A DNA stretch of 64,000 bases from positions 26,096 to 90,095 of IMG/VR virus record IMGVR_UViG_3300034200_001099; one strand, 5' to 3'. This document shows positions 48,053 to 57,297 of the stretch, piece after piece (the stretch's first letter is position 1; every line of letters begins with the position of its first letter). A program made the translations under genes and the position numbers. The notes under the pieces were generated by a model, which made no database searches, was not told where the DNA came from, and saw only the letters and a list, made by a program, of their open reading frames with translations. This DNA comes from a virus.

Positions 48053-48358
48053 ATGAAAACAATAGAAACTAAATTTGGAACATATGTAGATATGGAAACA
48101 GAAACAAGCACAAAATTAACTGGTGATAAAATCACGGTATTTGTAGAAAGATTAAAAAAAATCGGTATTGATGTAAAACTATCAGGAAACTTTCCTTGGG
48201 TTTATATTGATGAGATCTGTGGTAAAAGAGTTACTGAAAAGTTTGAAGGGAATCACGGGTTTACATTAATATTTTTACCAGGTAGAAACGATAGTCCACC
48301 ATCTGAATTTACTGATATTACAGAGATATTCAAACTAATAAGAAAATACGCAAAATGA
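48053..48358 (+). CDS. hypothetical protein
   Basis: ORF. Confidence 0.65.
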   Translation: MKTIETKFGTYVDMETETSTKLTGDKITVFVERLKKIGIDVKLSGNFPWVYIDEICGKRVTEKFEGNHGFTLIFLPGRNDSPPSEFTDITEIFKLIRKYAK

Positions 48359-48879
48359 ATTTAGACAAACTAACAATGGACGAACTTATTTCATTAAGAA
48401 ATGAAATTCAAGGAAAAATACATTCCTATGAAGATGGGTATTTGTATATCTGTTCTGTTCGTCAGTTTGGTAGTGTATGGGAAGAAAAACCAAGTAGTTT
48501 ATATGGTTTAAAAGAACTTTGTGATTCATATTATGGTGACAATGGTATTGTTGATGTTTATACCAACAATCCAAATTTAGAATTTCCTGAAATGGAGTTT
48601 CAAAATTATGGTGACGTTATGTTTATTAAATCAGAAGATGATTACCGTGACTGGGTTAAATACAACAAAGAAAAAAACTTTATTGATGATGTAACACAAC
48701 GACTTGATGAGTGGGATGAAAGTAAAAATTTACCATTTAAATATCGCCCTTCTTTTGCGCCAATTTGGACAAGAGAAGATCTTAATGAATGGGTTACAGG
48801 GTTTGAAAGTAAGACATGGGATTTTACTGAACCAAGATCTATGAAGGTAAAATATTCTGAAGAAGATGGTGAAGATTAA
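48355..48879 (+). CDS. hypothetical protein
   Basis: ORF. Confidence 0.65.
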   Translation: MNLDKLTMDELISLRNEIQGKIHSYEDGYLYICSVRQFGSVWEEKPSSLYGLKELCDSYYGDNGIVDVYTNNPNLEFPEMEFQNYGDVMFIKSEDDYRDWVKYNKEKNFIDDVTQRLDEWDESKNLPFKYRPSFAPIWTREDLNEWVTGFESKTWDFTEPRSMKVKYSEEDGED

Positions 48880-48892
48880 AAAATAAAAAATT

Positions 48893-49303
48893 ATGACAAA
48901 AGTAAAAATCTATCTAGATGATGTTCGTACACCGGTAGATCCAAGTTGGGTGGTTGTTCGTTCTTATGATGAATTTGTTAGTAAGATAAATGAAATTGGT
49001 TTAGAGAACATTGAACTAATTTCATTGGATCACGATTTGGGTGATAGTGCAATGAGAGAATGGCACTACGGCGTTGTAAAAAACTACACCATCAATTACG
49101 ATAATATAACAGAAAAAACTGGTATGGATTGCACCAAGTGGTTAGTGAATCAATGGTTAGATGGTAAACATATTGTTGAAGTTGTGGTTCATTCAGCAAA
49201 TGCGGTGGGTAGTGGAAACATGATGGGTTACATCAACAATTACCGACACTTGAATAGAATGGAACAAAATTGTGTAAGAGTTAAAATTGAACATACAGTA
49301 TAA
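48893..49303 (+). CDS. cyclic-phosphate-processing receiver-domain protein
   Basis: YLDDVRTP, ISLDHDLG, TGMDCTKWL, VHSAN. Confidence 0.8.
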   Translation: MTKVKIYLDDVRTPVDPSWVVVRSYDEFVSKINEIGLENIELISLDHDLGDSAMREWHYGVVKNYTINYDNITEKTGMDCTKWLVNQWLDGKHIVEVVVHSANAVGSGNMMGYINNYRHLNRMEQNCVRVKIEHTV

Positions 49304-49313
49304 AAATAAAATT

Positions 49314-49574
49314 ATGGAATTAGAAAAATTTGAACAAGCAAAAAAAGTTAAAGAAAACCTTGAAAGGTTAAAAACACGGAAACATAAATTGGAATCCGCA
49401 CTTAAATCTTGTAGTTTGGCGGTTAAGATTAATTATACGTATGGAGGTAAATTCCGAACGCCAGGTGAAGTGGGATTATATGATAAAGAGATTATAAAAG
49501 AAATGATGATCAAAGAACTTGAAAAGTTGGATGAAGAAATAAATTTAGTTAAAGAAGAATTTGAAAAAGTATAA
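49314..49574 (+). CDS. hypothetical protein
   Basis: ORF, likely start MELEKF. Confidence 0.6.
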   Translation: MELEKFEQAKKVKENLERLKTRKHKLESALKSCSLAVKINYTYGGKFRTPGEVGLYDKEIIKEMMIKELEKLDEEINLVKEEFEKV

Positions 49575-49577
49575 GAA

Positions 49578-50711
49578 ATGGAAAATTTAAATAGTGTATG
49601 TTATGTTGGTGCAATCGGAGAGGTTAAGCCAATAGAAGGGGCAGATAACATAGAACTTGTTATGGTTAATGGTTGGAATGCCATAACTAAAAAAGGAGAA
49701 TATAAAGTTGATGATTTGGTTGTTGTTGCGACCACCGATGCGGTTATACCTGTTGAGTTATCCGACTTAATTGGTGTAACTGGTTACTTAAGAAAGGGTC
49801 AGAGAGTTAGAACTGTTAAACTTCGTGGAGTTTACTCAGAGTGTTTAATCATATCTTTAAAATATACATTTAAATCAGAAATATCTATCAATGGTTTTGT
49901 TGATGGACAAGATATGATGGGTTTACTTAATGTCACTAAATACGAACCACCAGTTAAAATGGTCCAGTTAAGTGGGGGTAGAAAATTCAAATACCACCAA
50001 AACCCTAACTTCCATGTTTACTACAAGTTTCCCAACTTAAAGAATGTACCTGAAATGTTTAACGAGGAAGACATAGTTACTTTTACTCGTAAACTTCACG
50101 GAACAAATGCTCGTTATGGTATCGTTAAAAAGAAAAGATTATCCTTGTGGGATTATGTAAGAAAGTTATTTGGAAACAAATGGGCTAACTACGAATATGT
50201 TTATGGATCTCACAACGTAGAGAAAGGTTCTGACTCTCAAGGGTTTTACAAATCAGATGTATGGAAAACAATCGCAGATAATTACAAAATAAAAGATAAA
50301 CTATGGGATTATGTTAAGACATATGGTAGTCCTGACTATTTGGGTGATGGGTTAATCATCTATGGTGAGATATATGGTCATGGTATACAAAAAAATTATG
50401 ATTATGGTTTAACTGATGTTAAATTTGCTGGTTTTGATGTTGAGTTAAATGGTAATTACCGACCTTATTACGATGAAAAGAACGTTTTCAAATCTTTGGG
50501 ATTACAAAGAGTTGAGGTTCTTTATTTGGGGACTTGGTCTAAAGAAAAACAAGATAAATACGTATTCAATAACAATATAGAGGGAACCAAAGTTCCACAC
50601 GAAGGTGTTGTTGTTAAATCTGTTACTGGTGATAGACACAAAGTAGGTAAAGTGATCAACCCTGATTATAGTATATTCTGTGAAAAAAATAATGTAGGTG
50701 ACTCCCATTGA
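49578..50711 (+). CDS. RNA ligase, DRB0094 family
   Basis: PIEGADNIE N-domain; KLHGTN, IYGEIYG, FDV, EGVV, KVINPDY. Confidence 0.88.
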   Translation: MENLNSVCYVGAIGEVKPIEGADNIELVMVNGWNAITKKGEYKVDDLVVVATTDAVIPVELSDLIGVTGYLRKGQRVRTVKLRGVYSECLIISLKYTFKSEISINGFVDGQDMMGLLNVTKYEPPVKMVQLSGGRKFKYHQNPNFHVYYKFPNLKNVPEMFNEEDIVTFTRKLHGTNARYGIVKKKRLSLWDYVRKLFGNKWANYEYVYGSHNVEKGSDSQGFYKSDVWKTIADNYKIKDKLWDYVKTYGSPDYLGDGLIIYGEIYGHGIQKNYDYGLTDVKFAGFDVELNGNYRPYYDEKNVFKSLGLQRVEVLYLGTWSKEKQDKYVFNNNIEGTKVPHEGVVVKSVTGDRHKVGKVINPDYSIFCEKNNVGDSH

Positions 50712-50768
50712 TGGAGTCACTTTTATTACTTACTATTAAATTAAAAAAAATTAATACGTATTAAGATA

Positions 50769-50969
50769 ATGGAAAATAAAAAAAACACCCCTAAATTAAT
50801 TTTAAACTCTGAAGAACATGAACTTATTGGGTTTTATATATCCGAACTTGGATTTTTAATGATGTCAATATGTTCACAATCAGGTAAACGAACTAACTAT
50901 AACTTGGGTGAACACAACACAGAACAAAATGTTTTTATAGATCTAATTAAAAAACTTAACTATAAATAA
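50769..50969 (+). CDS. hypothetical protein
   Basis: ORF. Confidence 0.55.
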   Translation: MENKKNTPKLILNSEEHELIGFYISELGFLMMSICSQSGKRTNYNLGEHNTEQNVFIDLIKKLNYK

Positions 50970-51011
50970 ATTGAATTGATTAGTTCACTTTTTTAATTAC
51001 ATTTAAATAAA

Positions 51012-51206
51012 ATGAAACAAGATTTAAACAAATTTGCATTCTTTTCAAAAAACTTTTTGTGGTATTCCATAATGTTAGTGATTGAGAATGATTATAATCC
51101 ACTTAATTGGTGGTTATTTAGTGGGTTTTTCCCTATAGTAATTACCATATTTTTTGAATTATATATACTTGGAACATCATTAAACGAAACAGAAACAGAA
51201 ACATAA
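51012..51206 (+). CDS. small membrane protein
   Basis: Hydrophobic segments. Confidence 0.55.
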   Translation: MKQDLNKFAFFSKNFLWYSIMLVIENDYNPLNWWLFSGFFPIVITIFFELYILGTSLNETETET

Positions 51207-51226
51207 AATTAAAAAAATATTATACA

Positions 51227-52210
51227 ATGAGAGAAAACGAAATTGATGATTATATTGAAGAGTTAAAAATGATTGAAGAAATGGATAATATAGAAATGAC
51301 AAGAAATAGATTTATTAAAAACGATGACACAAAGACACCAACTAATTCACCAACATGTTGGGGAACTTTACAAGACGAAGAATTTGCCCCCGCATTTACA
51401 TCCGTCCCAAAAGTTCCGGCTGGAATTTATGAAATCATTTACAATAGACAATTAAATTGTAACACAATAAAAAAACAACCATTTAAAACAGATGAGTTAT
51501 ACCAATTACCTTCATATGAGATCCAAGATATCCTCAAGGATATCCAAAATTTTTGGGATCGTCGTGACAAATATAGAGAATATAATTTTGTTCATAAGCG
51601 TGGGATTCTAATGTATGGTGAACCAGGATGTGGTAAGTCAGGAATCATACAGTTAATTTCAAAACAACTAATTGAAAATGATGGGATTATTCTAAACATT
51701 AAAGATCATGACGATGTTGAATACTTTATTGATTTCATTGCAACATTTAGAAAAATTGAAACCAACAGACCTTTAATTGTTTTGTTGGAAGATATTGATT
51801 CAATTGCCGGCGAAAATAATCATGCGACAAGTAAGTTATTAAACATTCTTGACGGTGTGAAACAAATTGAAGACGTTGTTTATATTGCAACAACAAACTA
51901 TCCTGAGAAACTACAAGACCGTATCACAAACAGACCATCTCGTTTTGATAGACGATACAAAGTGGAACTTCCAAACGAAGAGATTAGAAACGCTTATATC
52001 CGTCACAAATTAACAGAAGATGATTTGAAAAATGTTAATATTGATGAATGGGTAAAAAGAACTGAAGGAATGTCTCTTTCACACTTGAAAGAAGTTGTAA
52101 TTTCAACTATAGTTATGGGAAGAGAATTTGAGGAAGTGATGGATAACCTCGAAGGATTAAAAAAAGCACCAACAATTAAAGAATTTAAAAAAGTAGGATT
52201 TGGAAAATGA
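51227..52210 (+). CDS. AAA+ ATPase
   Basis: YGEPGCGKS, LLEDID, ATTNYPE, RPSRFD. Confidence 0.9.
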   Translation: MRENEIDDYIEELKMIEEMDNIEMTRNRFIKNDDTKTPTNSPTCWGTLQDEEFAPAFTSVPKVPAGIYEIIYNRQLNCNTIKKQPFKTDELYQLPSYEIQDILKDIQNFWDRRDKYREYNFVHKRGILMYGEPGCGKSGIIQLISKQLIENDGIILNIKDHDDVEYFIDFIATFRKIETNRPLIVLLEDIDSIAGENNHATSKLLNILDGVKQIEDVVYIATTNYPEKLQDRITNRPSRFDRRYKVELPNEEIRNAYIRHKLTEDDLKNVNIDEWVKRTEGMSLSHLKEVVISTIVMGREFEEVMDNLEGLKKAPTIKEFKKVGFGK

Positions 52211-52359
52211 AAAAAGGAATTTATTATATACCGTTATTTTTAATATTATTATTTATAATGGTCTGGACATTTTATGTTAGTAATTATTTAGGGTTTGTAA
52301 TGTCGACAATATCAATGTTATTATTAGGTGAAGTTTATTATTTAAGATTTATAAAATAA
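52207..52359 (+). CDS. small membrane protein (50 aa, not in ORF track)
   Basis: MKKGIYYIPLFLILLF...; ATGA coupling. Confidence 0.5.
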   Translation: MKKGIYYIPLFLILLFIMVWTFYVSNYLGFVMSTISMLLLGEVYYLRFIK

Positions 52360-52371
52360 TTTATAAAAATT

Positions 52372-52398
52372 TCCCCATCTCAAAAAGGTGGGGTTTTA
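52372..52398 (+). terminator. intrinsic terminator
   Basis: CCCCATCT-N-AGGTGGGG plus T-tract. Confidence 0.7.
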
Positions 52399-52410
52399 TA
52401 TTTATAGAAT

Positions 52411-52929
52411 ATGAAAACATTAATAGAAAGAATTGTCAGAGAATATCTTTTGGAGGAAAGAAAATTTCCTAAACAAAAAGGTAGTGAAGTCTATGATAAA
52501 ATGTTATATAATATAATATCCACATACCATCAGTGGTTTGATCGACATGGGGATAATTCGTATAAGGAAAATATTGATTTGTTTTATGAAAAAAATAATT
52601 CAGATAACGATTATAGGATTGGTGTTAGTGATAAGTTATTGATACCGATAATTAAAAAAGATATTGGTAAGATTATTGATAGCTTTAAAACGCACAATCC
52701 TTGTAATAAAAGAATCATATTTACAAAAAGAATGGTTAATAATGAAGATGAGGAATACTTTGATGTTATTGAATTTCTCATACAAAAAGATAGTAATGAA
52801 TTAAAAATTGTTAGTTCTGCTTTTTCTGATGACGGTAACTTTTTATATTTTGGTGTTAGACCAAGAAGTAAAAAAGAAAATTTAAAAGAAAATTCATGTA
52901 AAAGTGGGGATATAGTTGTGGAATTGTAA
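52411..52929 (+). CDS. leader-tagged protein, possible BECR-fold ribonuclease
   Basis: Leader ...YLLEE; HQWFDRHG and terminal strands IIFTKR..IEFLIQ..LKIVSSAF. Confidence 0.5.
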   Translation: MKTLIERIVREYLLEERKFPKQKGSEVYDKMLYNIISTYHQWFDRHGDNSYKENIDLFYEKNNSDNDYRIGVSDKLLIPIIKKDIGKIIDSFKTHNPCNKRIIFTKRMVNNEDEEYFDVIEFLIQKDSNELKIVSSAFSDDGNFLYFGVRPRSKKENLKENSCKSGDIVVEL

Positions 52930-52949
52930 AAAAGTATTATCTTTGTAAG

Positions 52950-53080
52950 ACAATTGATTGTTATTGGTTCAATCATTAAAAAATACCAATCGTAGGGTGT
53001 CTGGCGTAATCCGACACAGGTTGAAAATCCCACCCCTAGGTGAAATTGATCCCCACTGAAATATGTGGGGATTTTTTTTT
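52950..53080 (+). ncRNA. candidate structured RNA with its own TATCTTTG promoter and terminator
   Basis: Promoter 52938-52945; TGATTG/CAATCA stem with ATTGGT/ACCAAT pseudoknot; GTGTC/GACAC stem; ATCCCCAC/GTGGGGAT plus T9; no ORF. Confidence 0.55.
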
Positions 53081-53139
53081 AAGAGACCCCATCTTAATTG
53101 ATGGGCTTTAGGGCCGTTATCCGTTAGGGTAACGATTTA

Positions 53140-53171
53140 AAGGGGGGAATTCGCTACTCCCCCTTTTTTTT
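53140..53171 (+). terminator. intrinsic terminator-like hairpin
   Basis: GGGGGA-N-TCCCCC plus T-tract. Confidence 0.65.
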
Positions 53172-53194
53172 ATTTAACTAAGTATTTATCATAT

Positions 53195-53641
53195 ATGAAA
53201 ATAATAATTTCAGAACGTCAACAAAAGTTAATTAAAGAAAATTCTGTTAAGGGATCTTTAATTGATATGATTAAAGAAGATGGTTGGAAAAGTGTTTACG
53301 GATTGGTTGGGGGGATTGATAATCTTAAAAAACTTGTTGGAATTGAATCACCAATAGATTTTCTTAATTTATTTAATGATTTGGATGTTATTAATAGTGA
53401 AGAAAAACCTAATTTGACTTTATTTAGATATGAAATAGGAAATAATCTAATGGTTTACGATGATGAATTTGATTTTGTTTACATCAATTATAGTATAATT
53501 TGGTCATTTTTAGAAAAAGTTTTTGGATTTAACTACTCTGAAATACAGGAAGTCACACAGGAATGGTTGTCTGAGGCCTACGATTTAAGGGGAGTCACAA
53601 CAGATGAGGTAGATGAGGAGGATGATGAGTTGGTTGGATGA
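53195..53641 (+). CDS. leader-tagged protein, probable distant paralog of 47127 domain
   Basis: MKIIISERQQKLIKE; YINY...G...E....QEW motif. Confidence 0.7.
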   Translation: MKIIISERQQKLIKENSVKGSLIDMIKEDGWKSVYGLVGGIDNLKKLVGIESPIDFLNLFNDLDVINSEEKPNLTLFRYEIGNNLMVYDDEFDFVYINYSIIWSFLEKVFGFNYSEIQEVTQEWLSEAYDLRGVTTDEVDEEDDELVG

Positions 53642-53660
53642 GGTCTACAATTTAAGGGGA
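53564..53660 (+). repeat. 30-nt direct repeat separated by 37-nt spacer
   Basis: TGGTTGTCTGAGGCCTACGATTTAAGGGGA / TGGTTGGATGAGGTCTACAATTTAAGGGGA (26/30). Confidence 0.85.
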
Positions 53661-53789
53661 ATTATATAATTCCCTTTTTTTATTTAATTCTTTTACTTAT
53701 CTTTGTGTTATGTTAATTATGACCATATTGTTTATTCTTTTAATCCTATGTATTGGGGTTTGGGGTAAACACGGAAAACACTTTAAGTG

Positions 53790-54389
53790 ATGAAAATAAT
53801 ACTACTTGATAATGATGGTGTGATTTGTTTATCCAATAATTGGGGTGGACGAGCAAAGAAATGGGCAAATTTTCATAAGGATAATCCTGATGTTGAATTT
53901 ACAAATCGTCCTATTGATTGTAGGTTTGATAACTTTGATGAGAAGGCAATTAAGGTCCTTAATGAAATACTTGAAGAAACCGGTGCTGAAATAGTTGTAA
54001 GTTCAGATTGGAGATACAATGCAACACTTGAGGAACTTGGCGATTACTACATAAGTCAAGGAATCATCAAACGACCAATTGCAGTAACGGATATGTTCAA
54101 AGACATATTCCCAAGAGAATGGAATGCGTTTAGGTTTCGTGCTGATTTAGAAATAGAACGAAGTATGGAGATCGGACACTGGTTAGAGAACCATCCCGAA
54201 GTTACGCATTGGGTTGCAATTGATGACCTCAACATGAGTATTGAGTTTTTATCTAAAAACTTTTCACATAGTAAAGATGATGATAAAAACCCCGGTCTAT
54301 CTAATTTTGTTCTAACACCAAAAGCAAGTGAGGGAATCAAACAAAGTGGTATTAAAGAAAAAATATTAAAGTTTTTGAAAGATGAGTAG
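53790..54389 (+). CDS. HAD domain protein (Swiss-army-knife RNA repair type)
   Basis: LDNDGV, IVVSSDWR, WVAIDD. Confidence 0.82.
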   Translation: MKIILLDNDGVICLSNNWGGRAKKWANFHKDNPDVEFTNRPIDCRFDNFDEKAIKVLNEILEETGAEIVVSSDWRYNATLEELGDYYISQGIIKRPIAVTDMFKDIFPREWNAFRFRADLEIERSMEIGHWLENHPEVTHWVAIDDLNMSIEFLSKNFSHSKDDDKNPGLSNFVLTPKASEGIKQSGIKEKILKFLKDE

Positions 54390-54472
54390 AATGATTAAAA
54401 AGTTTATGTTGTGGTTATCACTCAAGTTCCCAAAGAAAGGTAAAAAAAGTATTTGGGATTTATAAAATTAAT

Positions 54473-54787
54473 ATGAAGAACATAAACCAAATATTCAAAA
54501 ATAATATACATCTAATGGATGAACCCGAAGTAATTGAATTGATAGAATATTGTCAAGAATTGGAGGGTGAAGTCCTTGAAAAGAAAATCAATAATACTTA
54601 TAATAAAGATCACATGTTAAAAACCATGTTATCTGACATACTTTCAAGTTGTAGAGAATATGAAGAAAATAAAATTCTTAAAGATAGATATCCTGAGTTA
54701 TATAACGAATTAGATGCTAATTCTTTAGTTAAAAACTTAATGGATTATATTATAACTATGAATAATAAAAATAATTTAAGACTTTAA
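54473..54787 (+). CDS. hypothetical protein
   Basis: ORF. Confidence 0.65.
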   Translation: MKNINQIFKNNIHLMDEPEVIELIEYCQELEGEVLEKKINNTYNKDHMLKTMLSDILSSCREYEENKILKDRYPELYNELDANSLVKNLMDYIITMNNKNNLRL

Positions 54788-54789
54788 AT

Positions 54790-55107
54790 ATGGACGAAAA
54801 TAAAAAACAAAAAGTTAAACTTATTATGGTAGAAGAAAAACCATATATCATTTCTTTAGATAAAATAGAACTGGGGGATAAAGTTATTGTTACAGTTGGA
54901 GGACAATATCCATCAATTGTTAATTGTGAAAATGAAACAATTTTTAATTTATTAACTGAGTCAAAACTATCTTTAACTCAGGCAAATAAAATTTTTATGG
55001 AACCTGAATATATAAAATTCACATCTGAACAAATAGAAAAAATAATTGAAAATGGTGGAACATTAGATGTCGAACTAGAAGATGGGATTTATAAATATAC
55101 TTTATAA
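54790..55107 (+). CDS. hypothetical protein
   Basis: ORF. Confidence 0.65.
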   Translation: MDENKKQKVKLIMVEEKPYIISLDKIELGDKVIVTVGGQYPSIVNCENETIFNLLTESKLSLTQANKIFMEPEYIKFTSEQIEKIIENGGTLDVELEDGIYKYTL

Positions 55108-55126
55108 TTTTAAATGATTTTTTAAT

Positions 55127-55447
55127 ATGAGAAAATTCAAAAAAAAAATAATTGAAGAGGATTTAATTATTGAAAGTAACATAGAAAATACGGAAGAAAA
55201 AGAAGATATTGAAACAGAACACAGTTTTTATATCAGTGATGAAAAATTTTCAATAAGTTGGGATCAACCAACAAACAGATGTAATAGAACTCACCTATCT
55301 CAAACATTAGAAATAAAAACAGAAAATTGTGAAAATAAAAATTTTTTAGTTTTAAAAACCGAAAAATGGGATTTTGAAAATTTTGACGATTTAATTTTTA
55401 TTTTATTACAGTTTAAAAAAAGACATGAAATTATGAAAAAATCTTAG
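55127..55447 (+). CDS. hypothetical protein
   Basis: ORF. Confidence 0.6.
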   Translation: MRKFKKKIIEEDLIIESNIENTEEKEDIETEHSFYISDEKFSISWDQPTNRCNRTHLSQTLEIKTENCENKNFLVLKTEKWDFENFDDLIFILLQFKKRHEIMKKS

Positions 55448-55478
55448 TTATTTTATAATTTTTTTGTATCTTTGTTTT

Positions 55479-57233
55479 ATGTTAGAAGTAGAAGGTAAAA
55501 CATTTCATAAGTTAGTTGAGAAAAAAAGTTATAGGACTGAACTATATCATAATTTTTGCGACATATATCAAAAAGATACAAATAGTCTTGGATATAAAAA
55601 TTTACTAAATTTATATGTCACCAAAAATGGAGACAGATTTTTTTCTGATACCCAATGTTTTACAGAAGAAGATTTTGTTAAAAATTTTGGAAATCCATGT
55701 GCTACTGTTAATTTTAATAGACAACGATTATTCATAGAAGAGGGTGAGGATAAAATATCAATCAAATTTCAGACTCACCGAAAAATTAGAGGTGTAGGTT
55801 CCAAATATTTCTCAGAAAGAAAATCCACAAACTACTTTACCTTCAATTTCAAAAAGAAAATGTTTTATTCAGGAACATTCTCCACTAAAAAAAAGAAAGT
55901 TATTGGAAGTAGTATGAAGGTAAACCCAACATATTACGCAATTGAAAGTCTTTTAAGAAATATTATAATTGATGAAAGTGTTAAATTAGACCAGTATATT
56001 TATTTTTTCTTAGAAAAGATTTGGGATAGAATGGGCATTGAAAACCCACAAAACTTTCAGTGGGATTGTATGAAGTCTTTTTATAGTTTAACTTTCTATT
56101 TGGTTAATGGAATTAAAATACCGAACAATTGGAGAAAATTTACAGGTATATTCTTTTCTAAAAAAGAATTGAAAAAGTTTGATATGAACTTGGTGGAGAC
56201 TGCAATGGATAAACTAAAACTAAAAGGATCCAAAGTCAAACAGATTTTTAATGAAATGGACTGGGTTGACTTTGATAAATTGCATATGACTTACAACCTT
56301 TTGGGTATTGATAGATTTAATAAAATTGAAAATAAATACTTTTACGAGTATTACAGCAACGACGAATTTGGTCTTCCAATAGAGGATAATAAAATGGGAA
56401 GATTTTTTGAATGTTTTTATGATCAATACAATCAATACCAACGTAATAGAATGTCAACACCTTTAACTTCAAAAGAAAAGGATAGAATTCTAGACATGAT
56501 AAAATACTTTTACGGACATAATAAATGGGCAATATTACTTGACCATTTAGATATGAAAAGAGATTTAATAAATCTTGGTGAGGATGTGAAATTTAAGTTC
56601 ACAAACATTAGTAGTTTTAATTTAGAACACGAGGAACTTAGTCGTCTTTTACAATCATACAGAAAAGGTGAGGTTGAAAGATTCTATGGTGATATAGATG
56701 GTTTAGAAACACCTATGGAACACAAATACGAAACTTATTATCCTGTTCTACTTCGTAAAACTATGGATTATGAAAAAGAATCACAACATCAACGAAATTG
56801 TGTTCGTAGTTATTCAGAAAGACCAGATTGTTTAATATTCTCAATCCGTAAAGGTTCAATAGATAGTGATGAAAGAATTACTGTGGAATACCAATACAGA
56901 AAAAATGAGATATTGAATGTTCAAGAAAGAGCAAAGTTTAATGAAACACCATCAGTTGAGTTTTCACATGTTGCTAAAATACAATTGGCAAATATCAATT
57001 TGATGTATAAGTTGGGAACATTAAAATTACCAAAGATGATTAAAAAATATCGTAGTGGTAAAGAGATTGAACAACAAGCAACATTTGATAACGATACAGC
57101 GGTTAATGGACCAAAAATAGTCTCTATGGTGCCACATTGGGACACATATACTCCTGAGTTATCTTATTGGCAAAATGAAATATTAGGATTTGATATACCA
57201 GCTTATGATAATTTGTTTGATGAATTACCGTAA
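55479..57233 (+). CDS. PcfJ-like domain protein
   Basis: ESQHQRNCVRSY...IFSIR...RITVE...Q.RAKFN; start 4 nt after TATCTTTG. Confidence 0.75.
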   Translation: MLEVEGKTFHKLVEKKSYRTELYHNFCDIYQKDTNSLGYKNLLNLYVTKNGDRFFSDTQCFTEEDFVKNFGNPCATVNFNRQRLFIEEGEDKISIKFQTHRKIRGVGSKYFSERKSTNYFTFNFKKKMFYSGTFSTKKKKVIGSSMKVNPTYYAIESLLRNIIIDESVKLDQYIYFFLEKIWDRMGIENPQNFQWDCMKSFYSLTFYLVNGIKIPNNWRKFTGIFFSKKELKKFDMNLVETAMDKLKLKGSKVKQIFNEMDWVDFDKLHMTYNLLGIDRFNKIENKYFYEYYSNDEFGLPIEDNKMGRFFECFYDQYNQYQRNRMSTPLTSKEKDRILDMIKYFYGHNKWAILLDHLDMKRDLINLGEDVKFKFTNISSFNLEHEELSRLLQSYRKGEVERFYGDIDGLETPMEHKYETYYPVLLRKTMDYEKESQHQRNCVRSYSERPDCLIFSIRKGSIDSDERITVEYQYRKNEILNVQERAKFNETPSVEFSHVAKIQLANINLMYKLGTLKLPKMIKKYRSGKEIEQQATFDNDTAVNGPKIVSMVPHWDTYTPELSYWQNEILGFDIPAYDNLFDELP

Positions 57234-57297
57234 AATTGTTATATTTATAAAACAAATAATATTAATAATTAAAAAAAATATAAAACAAGATTTAAAG

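Noticed and set aside
52611-53033. 140-aa minus-strand ORF
   Set aside because: Shadow of ORF 52411 and the RNA element; antisense-like composition.
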